From contig JBJHCF010000059.1 of assembly GCA_050506795.1 (NCBI GenBank), forward strand, positions 1 to 25,315: 25,315 nt of DNA, read 5' to 3'. Shown one piece after another: positions 1 through 8,989 of this stretch. Numbering within the stretch: position 1 is the stretch's first letter; each line of letters opens with the position of its first letter. The stretch comes from Opitutia bacterium. GTDB taxonomy: Bacteria > Verrucomicrobiota > Verrucomicrobiia > Opitutales > T3Sed10-336. Both the position numbers and the translations under genes were made by a program. A model generated the notes under the pieces. It had not been told where the DNA came from, ran no database searches, and worked only from the letters and a program-made list of their open reading frames with translations.

Positions 1-118
1 TCGGGAAGTCTTCGTCGGCTGGCGAAAAAAACCGGACAGTTTTGGGTCCGCACCCTGCATTTGGGCAAGATTCCCTAAGTTGTTGACAATAAGAATAATT
101 TAACCAGGGCATGTCAGG
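1..118 (-). mobile_element. Possible insertion-sequence end (IS1380-like terminal inverted repeat); the rest of the element would lie left of the window
   Basis: The minus strand from 118 reads CCTGACATGCCC, followed by an AT-rich tract with an IHF-like site TGTCAACAACTTA (76-88, one mismatch to WATCAANNNNTTR). It abuts a CDS that appears to start mid-domain. No transposase or partner repeat is in the window. Confidence 0.3.
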
Positions 119-983
119 AGGTCTGAATCTGGTGGGACTGCGAAAGAAAAGCGGCATTCAGATTATGGGCAGCCATACAACGCTGCGTCGATGCAAGGTG
201 ATCACCCGTGCCTTCGGGCACGCGTTTTATATCCAGGGAGGAGACGGCATCCTGCTGGAGGATTGTTATGCCGAAGGCGTCATGCGCTCCACCAGCGATA
301 TGCTGCGCGATACGTCGGGTCCGGCTTACGATCTTCATTTCGAGTCCGTGTATGAAAACCGTGACGGGCGGTACCTGATCACGGCCGGATACATGAAGAG
401 CCTGGTCGAGGACGGATTCCGCACCTACGGGGGAGCGGGAAGCGTCACGTTGCGCAATTGTGTTGCTATCAATACCCGCGCCGGATTCGAGATCGGAGCC
501 CGTGACGACGCCGCGGAAAAGACCATCGTGGAGAACTGCGTTGCCCTGGGGTGTGAGCGTGGCTACCTTCTGGGATCGAACGTGATTGTGCGGCGCAGCC
601 GGGGCGACATGAAGTACGGACCCTTGCTTTACCTTCGCGGCGGTCGCGATTCCGACATTGAGCTGGAACTGACCGGAGGCGGTTCGGACTATACCGTGCA
701 CGCGCTCGCCACCATCGCCGGCGAAAATCACCGGGTTAAACTCACCCGCTGGAACCCCGGCGAGCCGAGCCCTCAGGCGCCTGTTCTGCTGGGATACGGC
801 ATGCCCGCCCACGCGGAGATGGCGAGCCCGATTCATGCGGCGCCCAGCGGAAATATCGAGTTTGTCAATGAAACCGGTGTTGCCATCATCACCGCGCCCG
901 ATTTGCCCGCCAGCATTTCGATCGAAACCAACGGCCCGATCCTGACCCACGAAGACTTGTCCGATCGGACTGGCCGGTGGTAG
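111..983 (+). CDS. Right-handed parallel beta-helix (pectin lyase-like fold) protein, probably the C-terminal part of a 5'-truncated gene
   Basis: Beta-helix-type repeats (TTLRRCKV, ILLEDCYAEG, VTLRNCVA, IVENCVALG) and GC-rich third codon positions. There is no signal peptide, and an in-frame TAA at 96-98 blocks upstream extension. Confidence 0.6.
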   Translation: MSGGLNLVGLRKKSGIQIMGSHTTLRRCKVITRAFGHAFYIQGGDGILLEDCYAEGVMRSTSDMLRDTSGPAYDLHFESVYENRDGRYLITAGYMKSLVEDGFRTYGGAGSVTLRNCVAINTRAGFEIGARDDAAEKTIVENCVALGCERGYLLGSNVIVRRSRGDMKYGPLLYLRGGRDSDIELELTGGGSDYTVHALATIAGENHRVKLTRWNPGEPSPQAPVLLGYGMPAHAEMASPIHAAPSGNIEFVNETGVAIITAPDLPASISIETNGPILTHEDLSDRTGRW

Positions 984-995
984 CCGAACACGCTG

Positions 996-1547
996 CTAGG
1001 CCCATTCGGGCGGGTTCTGCAATTCGGGTTTGAGGGTGCCTATGCAGGGGAGGTTGCGATAGCGGCCGGCGAAGTCGAGGCCGTAACCCACCACGAATTT
1101 ATCGGGTATTTGGAATCCTACGAAATCGGCTTCAAATGGGATCTCGCGGCGGCCTTGTTTATCGAGCAGCACACAGGTGTGCAGAGATTCGGGATTACGG
1201 CGCTGAAAGATCTGGTTGATGGTGAACAGGGTCCGGCCGGTGTCGAGAATGTCGTCGATGACCATGACCCGCCGGTTTTCGATCTCCAGGCGGGTGCTGT
1301 AGATGAGCTCCGGCTCGCCTTCCGGAACGATCCCGTCACGGTAGCTGGCAACCCGGATGCAGTCCATGCGCACGGGAATGGTGATGCGTCGGATCAGGTC
1401 GGCGGTGAAGGGCAGGGCTCCGTTGATGATTGAGATTACGGTGATCTCACCCTTACCGTAAAAGGTGGTGATCTCTTCTCCCAGCTCACGAATCCTCCGG
1501 GCAATGCGTCGTTGGCTGATCAATACGGATTCGAGATCGTCGATCAT
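996..1547 (-). CDS. hpt: Hypoxanthine phosphoribosyltransferase
   Basis: PRPP-binding loop VMVIDDILDTGRT, plus GALPFTADL, VASY and the C-terminal FVVGYGLDFAGRYRNLP. Confidence 0.96.
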   Translation of the reverse strand: MIDDLESVLISQRRIARRIRELGEEITTFYGKGEITVISIINGALPFTADLIRRITIPVRMDCIRVASYRDGIVPEGEPELIYSTRLEIENRRVMVIDDILDTGRTLFTINQIFQRRNPESLHTCVLLDKQGRREIPFEADFVGFQIPDKFVVGYGLDFAGRYRNLPCIGTLKPELQNPPEWA

Positions 1548-1561
1548 GGGATTCGCTGCGT

Positions 1562-2227
1562 TCAGGAGTTTCGTTCGCGGGCGATGCGCAGCATGGAGTC
1601 AATTTGGATGGAGATCGGACTGTCGCCCTCAATCGCGTCGGCTTCTTCCAACAGAGTCAGCGCCCGCTCGTTTTCGCTTTCTCTCAGTGCGAAGGCGCCG
1701 GCGTGAAAATAGATCGCCCGTTTCAGGTCGTCGCCAAGGCTTTCCGGGTGGGCCTCGACGGCTTGAAGCAGAAAGGCAAAATCCTCCTTCGCCTCGCCGT
1801 GACGTCCGAGGATGCGCGGCAGATTATAGGAGTTGATCGCGCGAACCAGCCGTACCCGCGGATTGAGCGGGGCGGTCTTGACCGCCGCGTCGAGCGCCTC
1901 CGCCCCGCGTTCGGCCCAGCGCCGCTTGTTCCAGAGCGCCACGTCGCGCGCTTTGAGAGTATAGGCGCTACCGAGATAAGCGCGTGCCAGAGCGTTGTCC
2001 GGAGAATCTTTCAGAATCGCTTCCAGCATTTCGATTGCCTGGTCGACGGCGCTCTCCGAACCCTCCACCCCGCGATCGTGACGTTCGATGGCCCGGATCA
2101 GTCGAGGATTGTCGTGTTCGCCGAAGTCCCGGTGGTCAAGCTTATCCATGCCGGAGAGAAATGGGGCAAGCGCCAGGGCCAGGCTCAGGATGGCGAACGT
2201 GAGGCGGTTTGGAAGTCTTGTGAACAT
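1562..2227 (-). CDS. Exported TPR-like alpha-helical repeat protein (221 aa)
   Basis: Start moved to ATG 2227, giving a signal-peptide-like N-terminus (MFTRLPNRLTFAILSLALALAPFLSG). TPR-like segments PDNALARAYLGSAY and ALDAAVKTAPLNPRVRLVRA. The longer 1562..2941 ORF overlaps the TolC gene antisense. Confidence 0.75.
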   Translation of the reverse strand: MFTRLPNRLTFAILSLALALAPFLSGMDKLDHRDFGEHDNPRLIRAIERHDRGVEGSESAVDQAIEMLEAILKDSPDNALARAYLGSAYTLKARDVALWNKRRWAERGAEALDAAVKTAPLNPRVRLVRAINSYNLPRILGRHGEAKEDFAFLLQAVEAHPESLGDDLKRAIYFHAGAFALRESENERALTLLEEADAIEGDSPISIQIDSMLRIARERNS

Positions 2228-2404
2228 AGGTAATAGATTAAGCCGAATAATAAGGGATCGAGCCATAAAAATTATCACTCCCCGGATGATTCCGATGAAA
2301 TATTCCGGCCGGCTCGCGAGTCCGGCTTGGCGCTCCGACGCCGTCTTCAGTTTCCACCGATCCACTGAAAGCTTAAATCGCGGCTCCCAACGGCCGCTCA
2401 AAGG

Positions 2405-2433
2405 TTGCCATCCGTCACGGACTCGTCCAGTTT
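2405..2433 (+). promoter_or_regulatory. Candidate sigma70 promoter for the TolC-maf-TonB-like operon
   Basis: TTGCCA-N17-CAGTTT, 22 nt upstream of ATG 2456. Confidence 0.35.
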
Positions 2434-2455
2434 TCCCAGCCTGAAAGCAGTGATT

Positions 2456-3811
2456 ATGAAGACCAAATCTCTTTTCCGCTCCGGCGTTGCCTTTTTTCAG
2501 CCGGCGATCCTGATTTTTTCCCTGACGATCTTCGCCGGGGGAGCCTGCAGAGTTCAGGCGGACACTTTGGAACTCACGCTCGGTGAGGTTCTCTCCCGGG
2601 TAGAAACCGAAAACCTGCAGATCCTGCTGAATCGCGAAATCATCGAGCAGGCCATCCAGCAGGCTGGCCGCGAACGTTCCTTCCTCTACCCACAAGTCAA
2701 TGTGGAGGTCAGTCAGGCCCGTTCGAAATCGCCCGCCCTCGGACAACTCCGGGGGTTTGTGAGCCAGACCACCAGCAATCGTTTCGACGCCGCGGTGCGC
2801 GCCAGTTTTTCGCTGGTGGATCCGGCTTTGATCGCGGCCTACCAGGCGGCCAGCAAGGGAGTCGAGCTCTCCCGGGAGCAATACGACTCCCTGGTGCAGG
2901 AGGTTTTTGAGATTAGCGCCCAGGTTTACCTGGCCCACCAACGCAACATCAAGCGGTTTGAAGTGATCGAGGCCAACATCGACCGCGCCGAAGTGCTGCT
3001 CGATTTGGCCCGCAACCAGCTTGAAGCGGGCGTGGCCACCGAAATCGATGTGACACGCGCACAGGTGACCCTCGCCACCGAACGTCAGGCACGATTACAG
3101 CAGGAGACGGTGGTGTACCAGAGCGAATTGAGCCTCAAACGGTTGCTTGATATCGACCTGGACCGGGCCATATCCATCCGTGATTTTGTGGCGCACCGGG
3201 AGGCCGATTCCGAGCAACCTCAGGTACGGGAGGACGCGGTGCTGGGAGATCGCGCCGATTATCGCGTGCTGGAGCGCCGTCTCGAGCAGAACAAACTGGA
3301 ACAGCGCGCGGCATCCTGGGAGCGTTTTCCCACGTTGTCAGTGTTTGGCGATTACGGAATCGCGGCGGAACGTGCTTTTGACGGCGACGAACAGGAGGTC
3401 TGGAGCGCCGGGGTCGCGCTGCGGATGCCGATCTTCGAAGGTTATCGCATTCGCTCCAACCGTATGCTGGCCAATTCGCGTCGACGCGCCACGGAGATCG
3501 AACTGCGGGACCTCCGGCAGGAAATCTCCTCCGAACTGCTCCTGGCCTGGCGCGACCTGCGTTCGCGTCTCGCCCAAATCGAGGTGGCCGAGGAGAACCT
3601 CGAGCTTGCCGAAGAGGAGTTTCGGCTGGCCCGTACCCGGTTTGAACAGGGGGTGGCCGACAATCGCGAGGTGGTCGACGCCCAGAACAGGGTTTCCCAG
3701 GCGGACGACAACCTGGTGGAGGCGTATTTTCAGTACAACCTGACCCGCCTGGAGTATGCACGGGTGCGTGGCGACGTGCGCCTGCTGCTGGGCGACCAGG
3801 TGGTGCCTTAG
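2456..3811 (+). CDS. TolC/OEP-family outer membrane efflux protein
   Basis: Signal peptide followed by two OEP repeats (LYPQVNV...AGVATEIDVTRAQ; RFPTLSVFGDYG...LRMPIFEG...RFEQGVADNREVVDAQ). Start set at ATG 2456. Confidence 0.92.
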   Translation: MKTKSLFRSGVAFFQPAILIFSLTIFAGGACRVQADTLELTLGEVLSRVETENLQILLNREIIEQAIQQAGRERSFLYPQVNVEVSQARSKSPALGQLRGFVSQTTSNRFDAAVRASFSLVDPALIAAYQAASKGVELSREQYDSLVQEVFEISAQVYLAHQRNIKRFEVIEANIDRAEVLLDLARNQLEAGVATEIDVTRAQVTLATERQARLQQETVVYQSELSLKRLLDIDLDRAISIRDFVAHREADSEQPQVREDAVLGDRADYRVLERRLEQNKLEQRAASWERFPTLSVFGDYGIAAERAFDGDEQEVWSAGVALRMPIFEGYRIRSNRMLANSRRRATEIELRDLRQEISSELLLAWRDLRSRLAQIEVAEENLELAEEEFRLARTRFEQGVADNREVVDAQNRVSQADDNLVEAYFQYNLTRLEYARVRGDVRLLLGDQVVP

Positions 3812-3821
3812 AGGCGCGCCG

Positions 3822-4433
3822 ATGCCCTCCGCTTCGAACAACGTTCCCGGTTTGATTCTCGCTTCCGGATCACCCAGACGCCGTGAAATTCTGGAACGGC
3901 TCGGGCTTTCCTTTGAGGTTCGATCAGCCGACGTGGAGGAACTTTTCGAGGTGCGGTCCACGCCGGAGGATCTGGTATTGGACAATGCGGATTTGAAATG
4001 TCGGGCGATTGCGGCTATCTTTCCCGATGAAGTTGTGCTGGCGGCGGATACGGCGGTTTTCCTGGGGAACCGTGTTTTGAACAAACCCGCCGACCGGGAG
4101 GAAGCCGCATTTATGTTGGGTCAATTGTCGGGAAGGAAACACGTGGTTTGGACCGGGCTCCGGGTCATACATCGGAGTTCCGGCCGGGAGTGGCGCGAAG
4201 CGGTCCGCAGCGAGGTGACTTTTCGGCCGCTCGACTGGCTGACGGTGCGGACCTATTTCGAACGGGTCAATCCTCTGGACAAAGCCGGCGCCTATGGAAT
4301 CCAGGAGCACGGAGAATTGCTCGGCGCCACCTGCCAGGGGTCGTTTACCAACGTCATGGGGCTTCCCATGGAGGCCACGTCCCGTGCGCTGGCGAAATTC
4401 GGAATCCAAATCCGTAAACGGGAGAAGGAGTGA
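3822..4433 (+). CDS. maf: Maf-family nucleoside triphosphate pyrophosphatase (YhdE type)
   Basis: Motifs LILASGSPRR, AADT, NKP, DKAGAYGIQ and NVMGLP. Start at ATG 3822. Confidence 0.95.
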   Translation: MPSASNNVPGLILASGSPRRREILERLGLSFEVRSADVEELFEVRSTPEDLVLDNADLKCRAIAAIFPDEVVLAADTAVFLGNRVLNKPADREEAAFMLGQLSGRKHVVWTGLRVIHRSSGREWREAVRSEVTFRPLDWLTVRTYFERVNPLDKAGAYGIQEHGELLGATCQGSFTNVMGLPMEATSRALAKFGIQIRKREKE

Positions 4434-5536
4434 AAAGGGTAAACCGCCAGGCCAGGCAGCCCGCGCGGTTGCGGAAGCGTCCCCTGGGGGGAGCGGACCC
4501 GTTTTTCCGCCGTACGGTGCCCGGGAAGTCCCTGGCCATCGGAGCGGCCGGAACCCTGCTGCTTCACGCCCTGCTCCTGGCGGTGTTTCCCGAACGGCTG
4601 TCGGAGCCGCGCGAATCGGCGACCGCGTCTCGGGCCTTCGATGTCAGGCTCAGTGATCCGGAGGAGACCATGCGGCCGCCCGACGAGTACGTCGCCACCA
4701 ACCCCGATGTGCCTACCAATCCGCCCGACGACACCCGCCGCATCGCGTCCCGCGATCAGCAGGCGGCGCAGGAGGAACCTCCCGAAGACCGGGCGCCGGA
4801 GGATACCCCGCGGATCGAGGGGGAACCGTTGCGTTCCCAGAATATCGTTGAGGGAGATCCCGATCCGGTCCCGCCGGAAGGGGGAGCGTTCCCGGGGGAT
4901 CAATCGGACCGGGATCCGGCGGAGCCAGGGGATGATCTGCCGCTGATTCCCGAACGTTTGCCGGTTGCCGGTCTCGACGACGTGGAGCTGGATCCGGATG
5001 CGGAAGGCCTGCGAACCGAGACGGAGGAAGGGGAGGACGGAGATGACGTCATGCGGATGGTGGGCATCAATGTCCCTGAAGGCCAGCGCGTTTCCACCGC
5101 CGAGGCCTACGCCCGGCTTTCCGCGGATCGTCCGACTCCGAGCCCGCGTCCCACACTGCCGCGCACCCATTCCGGACCCGTGGCCGACCGGCAGGGATCG
5201 ACGTCGCGGGTCGGCGAGGTGGCCATCGACGCCCGTCGCAGTGACTTCGGCGTCTATCTGGAGCGCATGCTCGAATCCATCGAACGCCAATGGCTTGGCA
5301 TGGCCCGGGCGCACGCATCGGCCGCCGATACGGGCGCGCGGGTCCGGGTTCGTTTCACGCTGGATTCCTCCGGTTATGTCACTATCGTCGATATCGACAG
5401 CAACGCCACCCAAACCGGAACGCTCATCTGCCAGGACGCGATTGAAGCTCGTGCTCCTTTCGGTGAGTGGAGCAACGAGATGGTCGAACTCATGGGCGAC
5501 GAGCAAACGATGACCATCACCTTTCACTACCGCTGA
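4430..5536 (+). CDS. TonB/TolA-like membrane-anchored periplasmic protein
   Basis: N-terminal TM helix containing His (GTLLLHALLLAVF), a long Pro/Asp/Glu-rich linker and a TonB_C/TolA-III-like C-domain (YLERMLESIERQW...VRVRFTLDSSG...AIEARAPF). The GTG start overlaps the maf stop (GTGA). Confidence 0.78.
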   Translation: MKRVNRQARQPARLRKRPLGGADPFFRRTVPGKSLAIGAAGTLLLHALLLAVFPERLSEPRESATASRAFDVRLSDPEETMRPPDEYVATNPDVPTNPPDDTRRIASRDQQAAQEEPPEDRAPEDTPRIEGEPLRSQNIVEGDPDPVPPEGGAFPGDQSDRDPAEPGDDLPLIPERLPVAGLDDVELDPDAEGLRTETEEGEDGDDVMRMVGINVPEGQRVSTAEAYARLSADRPTPSPRPTLPRTHSGPVADRQGSTSRVGEVAIDARRSDFGVYLERMLESIERQWLGMARAHASAADTGARVRVRFTLDSSGYVTIVDIDSNATQTGTLICQDAIEARAPFGEWSNEMVELMGDEQTMTITFHYR

Positions 5537-5559
5537 CCCTTCGCGGCGGTGGACGGATA

Positions 5560-5578
5560 AACCGGATCCGGTCCGGTT
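5560..5578. terminator. Hairpin between convergent genes, possible terminator
   Basis: AACCGGA-tccgg-TCCGGTT perfect 7-bp stem with no good U-tract. Confidence 0.3.
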
Positions 5579-5592
5579 GGCCTTTCCGGGCG

Positions 5593-6678
5593 TCAACCGG
5601 TGCGTTTCGGACAACTGGCTCCGTCGAACCAGGTGCCTTCGACAAAGGTGTGTATGGGGATTTCCGGGACCCCGAAATTGTTCTGTTGGAGTTGTCCGGT
5701 GAGAAGTTCCACCGCGAGGGCGCCGACCGTGACGTGGTTCTGGCGGACTCCCGCGGTCTGGCCGGAACAGTCCTCCAGGAACAGTTCCACAAAGGCGATA
5801 TCGTGCGGAATATGGAGACCCAGTTCTTTCAGGGCGGGCAGGACGAAGGGCGCATTGCTGAGAATGACCTCCGGTTGGTGCCGATTAAGCCAGCGTCGAA
5901 AGGTGCCGGCATCGACCGATCCGGGTGTGCTGAATTCGTTCAACCAACTGTCGTCCGCCGCTTGATCGGGGAAAATCAGCGGCGGTATCCGGTCCTTGAT
6001 CGGCATAAACTGCTGCTCGCAAAGAAAGCCGGCGGTCCAGTTGTTGTCAGCCGACTGCTCCCATCCACGGTGCATGACCATTCCAATGCGACGGTAACCG
6101 GCCTTTAACGAATGCTGCACCGCCAACCGCGCGATATCGCACTGATTGTTGGTTACGGTGTGCAGCAGAGGGCGGTGCGGGTAGTAGTCGATTTTAATGG
6201 CGCAATACCGGTCCCAGTCGAGCTGCAATTCGTCCCCCAGGACCAGGCTGTGTGACGCCAGAATGAGGCCGGTGATCCCTCGCGTCCGCAGGATGGCATC
6301 GAGCCTTTGGTGGGTGAGGCCGGGTTCCCCGAGCCAGAAGTGATCGAGTTTATAACCCAACTGGTTCGCGCGGTTGGCGGCGCCGGCGTGAAACTCCGGA
6401 TGCGCGCTCACGTTTTTCCACCCCCAACGGGTTTTCCAATTCGTAAGATATGCCAGGGTAGGGTGCTGCCGGCGAGAACCTTTCCGGTCGCGATAGGAAA
6501 CCAGTGCGCTCAGCATCGGGTCGGGAGTGTAACCCATTTCCTCGGCCAGGGCCCGCAGGCGGTTTCGGGTCTTGGTCGGCAACCGAGGATGATTCCGGAG
6601 GGCGAGCGAAACCGTGGTCACATGCACACCTGCGTTGCGTGCGACGTCGGCAAGGGTTACTCGGCGATTCGATGACAT
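5593..6678 (-). CDS. LacI-family transcriptional regulator
   Basis: HTH VTLADVARNAGVHVTTVSLALRN...GYTPDP followed by a periplasmic-binding-protein-like effector domain (GYRRIG, IPHDIAFV). Start set at ATG 6678. Divergent from the GH52 gene. Confidence 0.93.
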   Translation of the reverse strand: MSSNRRVTLADVARNAGVHVTTVSLALRNHPRLPTKTRNRLRALAEEMGYTPDPMLSALVSYRDRKGSRRQHPTLAYLTNWKTRWGWKNVSAHPEFHAGAANRANQLGYKLDHFWLGEPGLTHQRLDAILRTRGITGLILASHSLVLGDELQLDWDRYCAIKIDYYPHRPLLHTVTNNQCDIARLAVQHSLKAGYRRIGMVMHRGWEQSADNNWTAGFLCEQQFMPIKDRIPPLIFPDQAADDSWLNEFSTPGSVDAGTFRRWLNRHQPEVILSNAPFVLPALKELGLHIPHDIAFVELFLEDCSGQTAGVRQNHVTVGALAVELLTGQLQQNNFGVPEIPIHTFVEGTWFDGASCPKRTG

Positions 6679-6751
6679 GGTTTTAGCTTTCCAGGGAAGA
6701 CACGGTGAATGATTGTGCCATTCGGAAATTAGCGGTTCAGTCATCGCGTTT

Positions 6752-6849
6752 TCAAGTCTATTGTTAGAGCGTCAAGTGAATTGAGCTCCGAAGGCGAGGT
6801 CCGGAAGCTGATCCGGGTTCGCCCTGGGGAACCGTCAAACCGTTAAACC
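6752..6849. promoter_or_regulatory. Divergent promoter/operator region of the LacI and GH52 genes
   Basis: Plus strand: TTGAGC-N17-GAAGCT (6781-6809). Imperfect palindrome TCTA-ttgt-TAGA (6757-6768) between two TCAAGT copies (6752, 6772). Tandem AACCGTCA/AACCGTTA (6830-6845). The operator assignment is a guess. Confidence 0.3.
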
Positions 6850-6854
6850 ACTTT

Positions 6855-8975
6855 GTGAATCATCAGAGTTTTCATTCTCATCATTCGCCTTTTGGGGCGT
6901 TTGCCTCATTCACGATCGGCTTCGATGGCAGTCCCGGTGGATTCGCCCAGTCGTTGAGCGGCCCGGGTCAGGCCCGGCAAAACGTGTATGTGGGTTTCCG
7001 CCGGGGGGGAGGGGAACGCTGGCGGCTGCTGCCATTTTTCGAGCCGCCGCAAACGGCGGAGGTGCTTTACACCGGCGAGGCCGCGGTGGCGTCGAGTGTT
7101 CGCGAGGACAGCCGTTTCTCCACCTTGACTGCGGAGGATTACCAGCGGACCCTCGGAGCGGCCAGCGATACCTGGCGCGCCGACGAAGATCGATTCGGGT
7201 TTTCCCTACTTTCGCCTTTCGAGCGGGTTCCGGATCCGCGCACTCTGGACCGCGGTAAGGCGCGCCGCCTTTTGGCGCCGGCGGTTCCGGCCTGGATTGA
7301 ATACGACAATCAACAGGGGAAAGAACCGGTGGAACTGATTTTCGGAATCGGCGATCCCGACCAGCCCTTCCGTCCATTGAGTGATTCCCGCGCGGATCTG
7401 GCGGGATTTGCCCTGGGTCCATCCTGCGGCTATGCCACGTTGCCCGATGAAGCCGTGGAACTGCGCCTGGGGTTCGACGTGTTCGAGCCGAAGTTTCGGG
7501 ATTATCGCGGGCTGCACGTTATCGGCGGCGAATCCGCGATCCTTTTCACCGTCCCGGCCGGCGAGCGCCGCCGCTTTCCCATTGTGCTGGGATTTTTTCA
7601 ATCCGGAGTCGTCACCACCGGGATCGGAGCGAGCTATGCCTACACCCGTTTTTTCGCCGGTCTGGAGGATGTTCTGGCCCAGGGGTTGAGCACCCACGCC
7701 GAATACCAGCAGATCGCCTCCGAAAGGGATGCGGAGTTGGATTCCAGCGGACTGGATGCGGACCGGAAATTCCTCCTGGCCCAATCGATTCACAGTTACT
7801 ACGGATCGACCCAGTTGATGTGGAATGACGACGGTCCGCTGTGGATGGTGAACGAGGGTGAATACCGCATGGTCAATACGTTTGATCTCACTGTGGATCA
7901 CCTTTTCTTCGAGTTGGCCTGGCATCCCTGGGCGGTGCGGGATACGCTGGAACTCTTTGTGGAACGGTACGCCTACCGGGACAACCTGCAGATCAACGAC
8001 TCCGAAACGGTTCCCGGAGGGATTTCGTTCACCCATGACATGGGGGTGATGAATCATTTCACGCCCTCCGGACGTTCGAGCTACGAATGCGACGGGCTCA
8101 CCGGCTGCTTCAGTCACATGACCATGGAGCAGCTGCTGAATTGGGTACTTAGCGCGGCGACCTATGCCGAGGCAATGGGCGACTTCGACTGGCTCAAGCA
8201 GTACCGGGAAACGCTTTTGGAGTGCGCCGAGAGCCTTCACCGGAGAGATCATCCGGAACCGGAAAAGAGGGATGGAATTCTCAAGTTCGATTCCGACCGC
8301 TGCGGTCCGGGCGGTTCCGAGATCACAACCTACGACAGTCTCGACGTCAGCCTGGGACAGGCGCGCAACAACCTTTACCTCGCGGTCAAAACTCTCGGCG
8401 CCTGGATTCTTCTGGAGAAGGCTTTTCAACACCTCAACGAGCCGCGGGCCGCCGCCGACGCGGGTGCGACCGCCGACCTGCTGGCAGGCACTCTGGTTGG
8501 GAAGGTCGAACCGGATACCGGCTTTTTTCCCGCCGTGTTCGAAGCCGGAAACCGTTCGCGGATTCTTCCTGCGGTGGAGGGATTTGTGTATCCCATCTTC
8601 CTGGGTTATGCCGATGCCATCGATCCCGAAGGACGCTTCGGGCCATTGCTGAAGCTCCTCGGCCGGCACATCACTCAGGCGCTGCAACCCGGAGTCTGCA
8701 TTGATCGGGAAAGCGGCGGATGGAAGATCAGCAGCACCAGCACCAACACATGGTTCAGCAAGATCGCGCTGGCGCAACATGTGATCCGGCGCCTTTATCC
8801 CGAAGCGATTAACGATGTCGCCCGCGCGGCCGACCGGGTGCATGCCGACTGGCAGCGCCGGCCCGGTTGCGGGAAAGACGCCATGTGCGATCAGATCGAC
8901 AGCGTGACCGGCGCAAGCCGGGGAAGCCGCTACTACCCGCGCGGGGTGACCGCCTGGTTGTGGCTGAGCGCTTAG
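6855..8975 (+). CDS. Glycoside hydrolase family 52 beta-xylosidase
   Basis: GH52 signatures HHSPFGAFASFT, VNEGEYRMVNTFDLTVDH (nucleophile region), SFTHDMGV, CFSHMT, EITTYDSLDVSLGQARNNLYLAVK (acid/base region) and SRYYPRGVT. No signal peptide. Confidence 0.95.
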   Translation: MNHQSFHSHHSPFGAFASFTIGFDGSPGGFAQSLSGPGQARQNVYVGFRRGGGERWRLLPFFEPPQTAEVLYTGEAAVASSVREDSRFSTLTAEDYQRTLGAASDTWRADEDRFGFSLLSPFERVPDPRTLDRGKARRLLAPAVPAWIEYDNQQGKEPVELIFGIGDPDQPFRPLSDSRADLAGFALGPSCGYATLPDEAVELRLGFDVFEPKFRDYRGLHVIGGESAILFTVPAGERRRFPIVLGFFQSGVVTTGIGASYAYTRFFAGLEDVLAQGLSTHAEYQQIASERDAELDSSGLDADRKFLLAQSIHSYYGSTQLMWNDDGPLWMVNEGEYRMVNTFDLTVDHLFFELAWHPWAVRDTLELFVERYAYRDNLQINDSETVPGGISFTHDMGVMNHFTPSGRSSYECDGLTGCFSHMTMEQLLNWVLSAATYAEAMGDFDWLKQYRETLLECAESLHRRDHPEPEKRDGILKFDSDRCGPGGSEITTYDSLDVSLGQARNNLYLAVKTLGAWILLEKAFQHLNEPRAAADAGATADLLAGTLVGKVEPDTGFFPAVFEAGNRSRILPAVEGFVYPIFLGYADAIDPEGRFGPLLKLLGRHITQALQPGVCIDRESGGWKISSTSTNTWFSKIALAQHVIRRLYPEAINDVARAADRVHADWQRRPGCGKDAMCDQIDSVTGASRGSRYYPRGVTAWLWLSA

Positions 8976-8989
8976 CGAACTTTTTCATT

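Noticed and set aside
2308..2397. Four short hairpins in the TPR/TolC intergenic region (possible sRNA or tRNA-like fold)
   Set aside because: Stems are only 4-6 bp in GC-rich DNA, with no closing acceptor stem, TTC loop or known RNA motif.
2228..2941. N-terminal extension of the 459-aa ORF 1562..2941
   Set aside because: It overlaps TolC antisense and crosses the intergenic promoter region; a signal peptide begins at ATG 2227.
7206..8843. 545-aa antisense ORF inside the GH52 gene
   Set aside because: Shadow ORF of a high-GC gene with no recognisable motifs.
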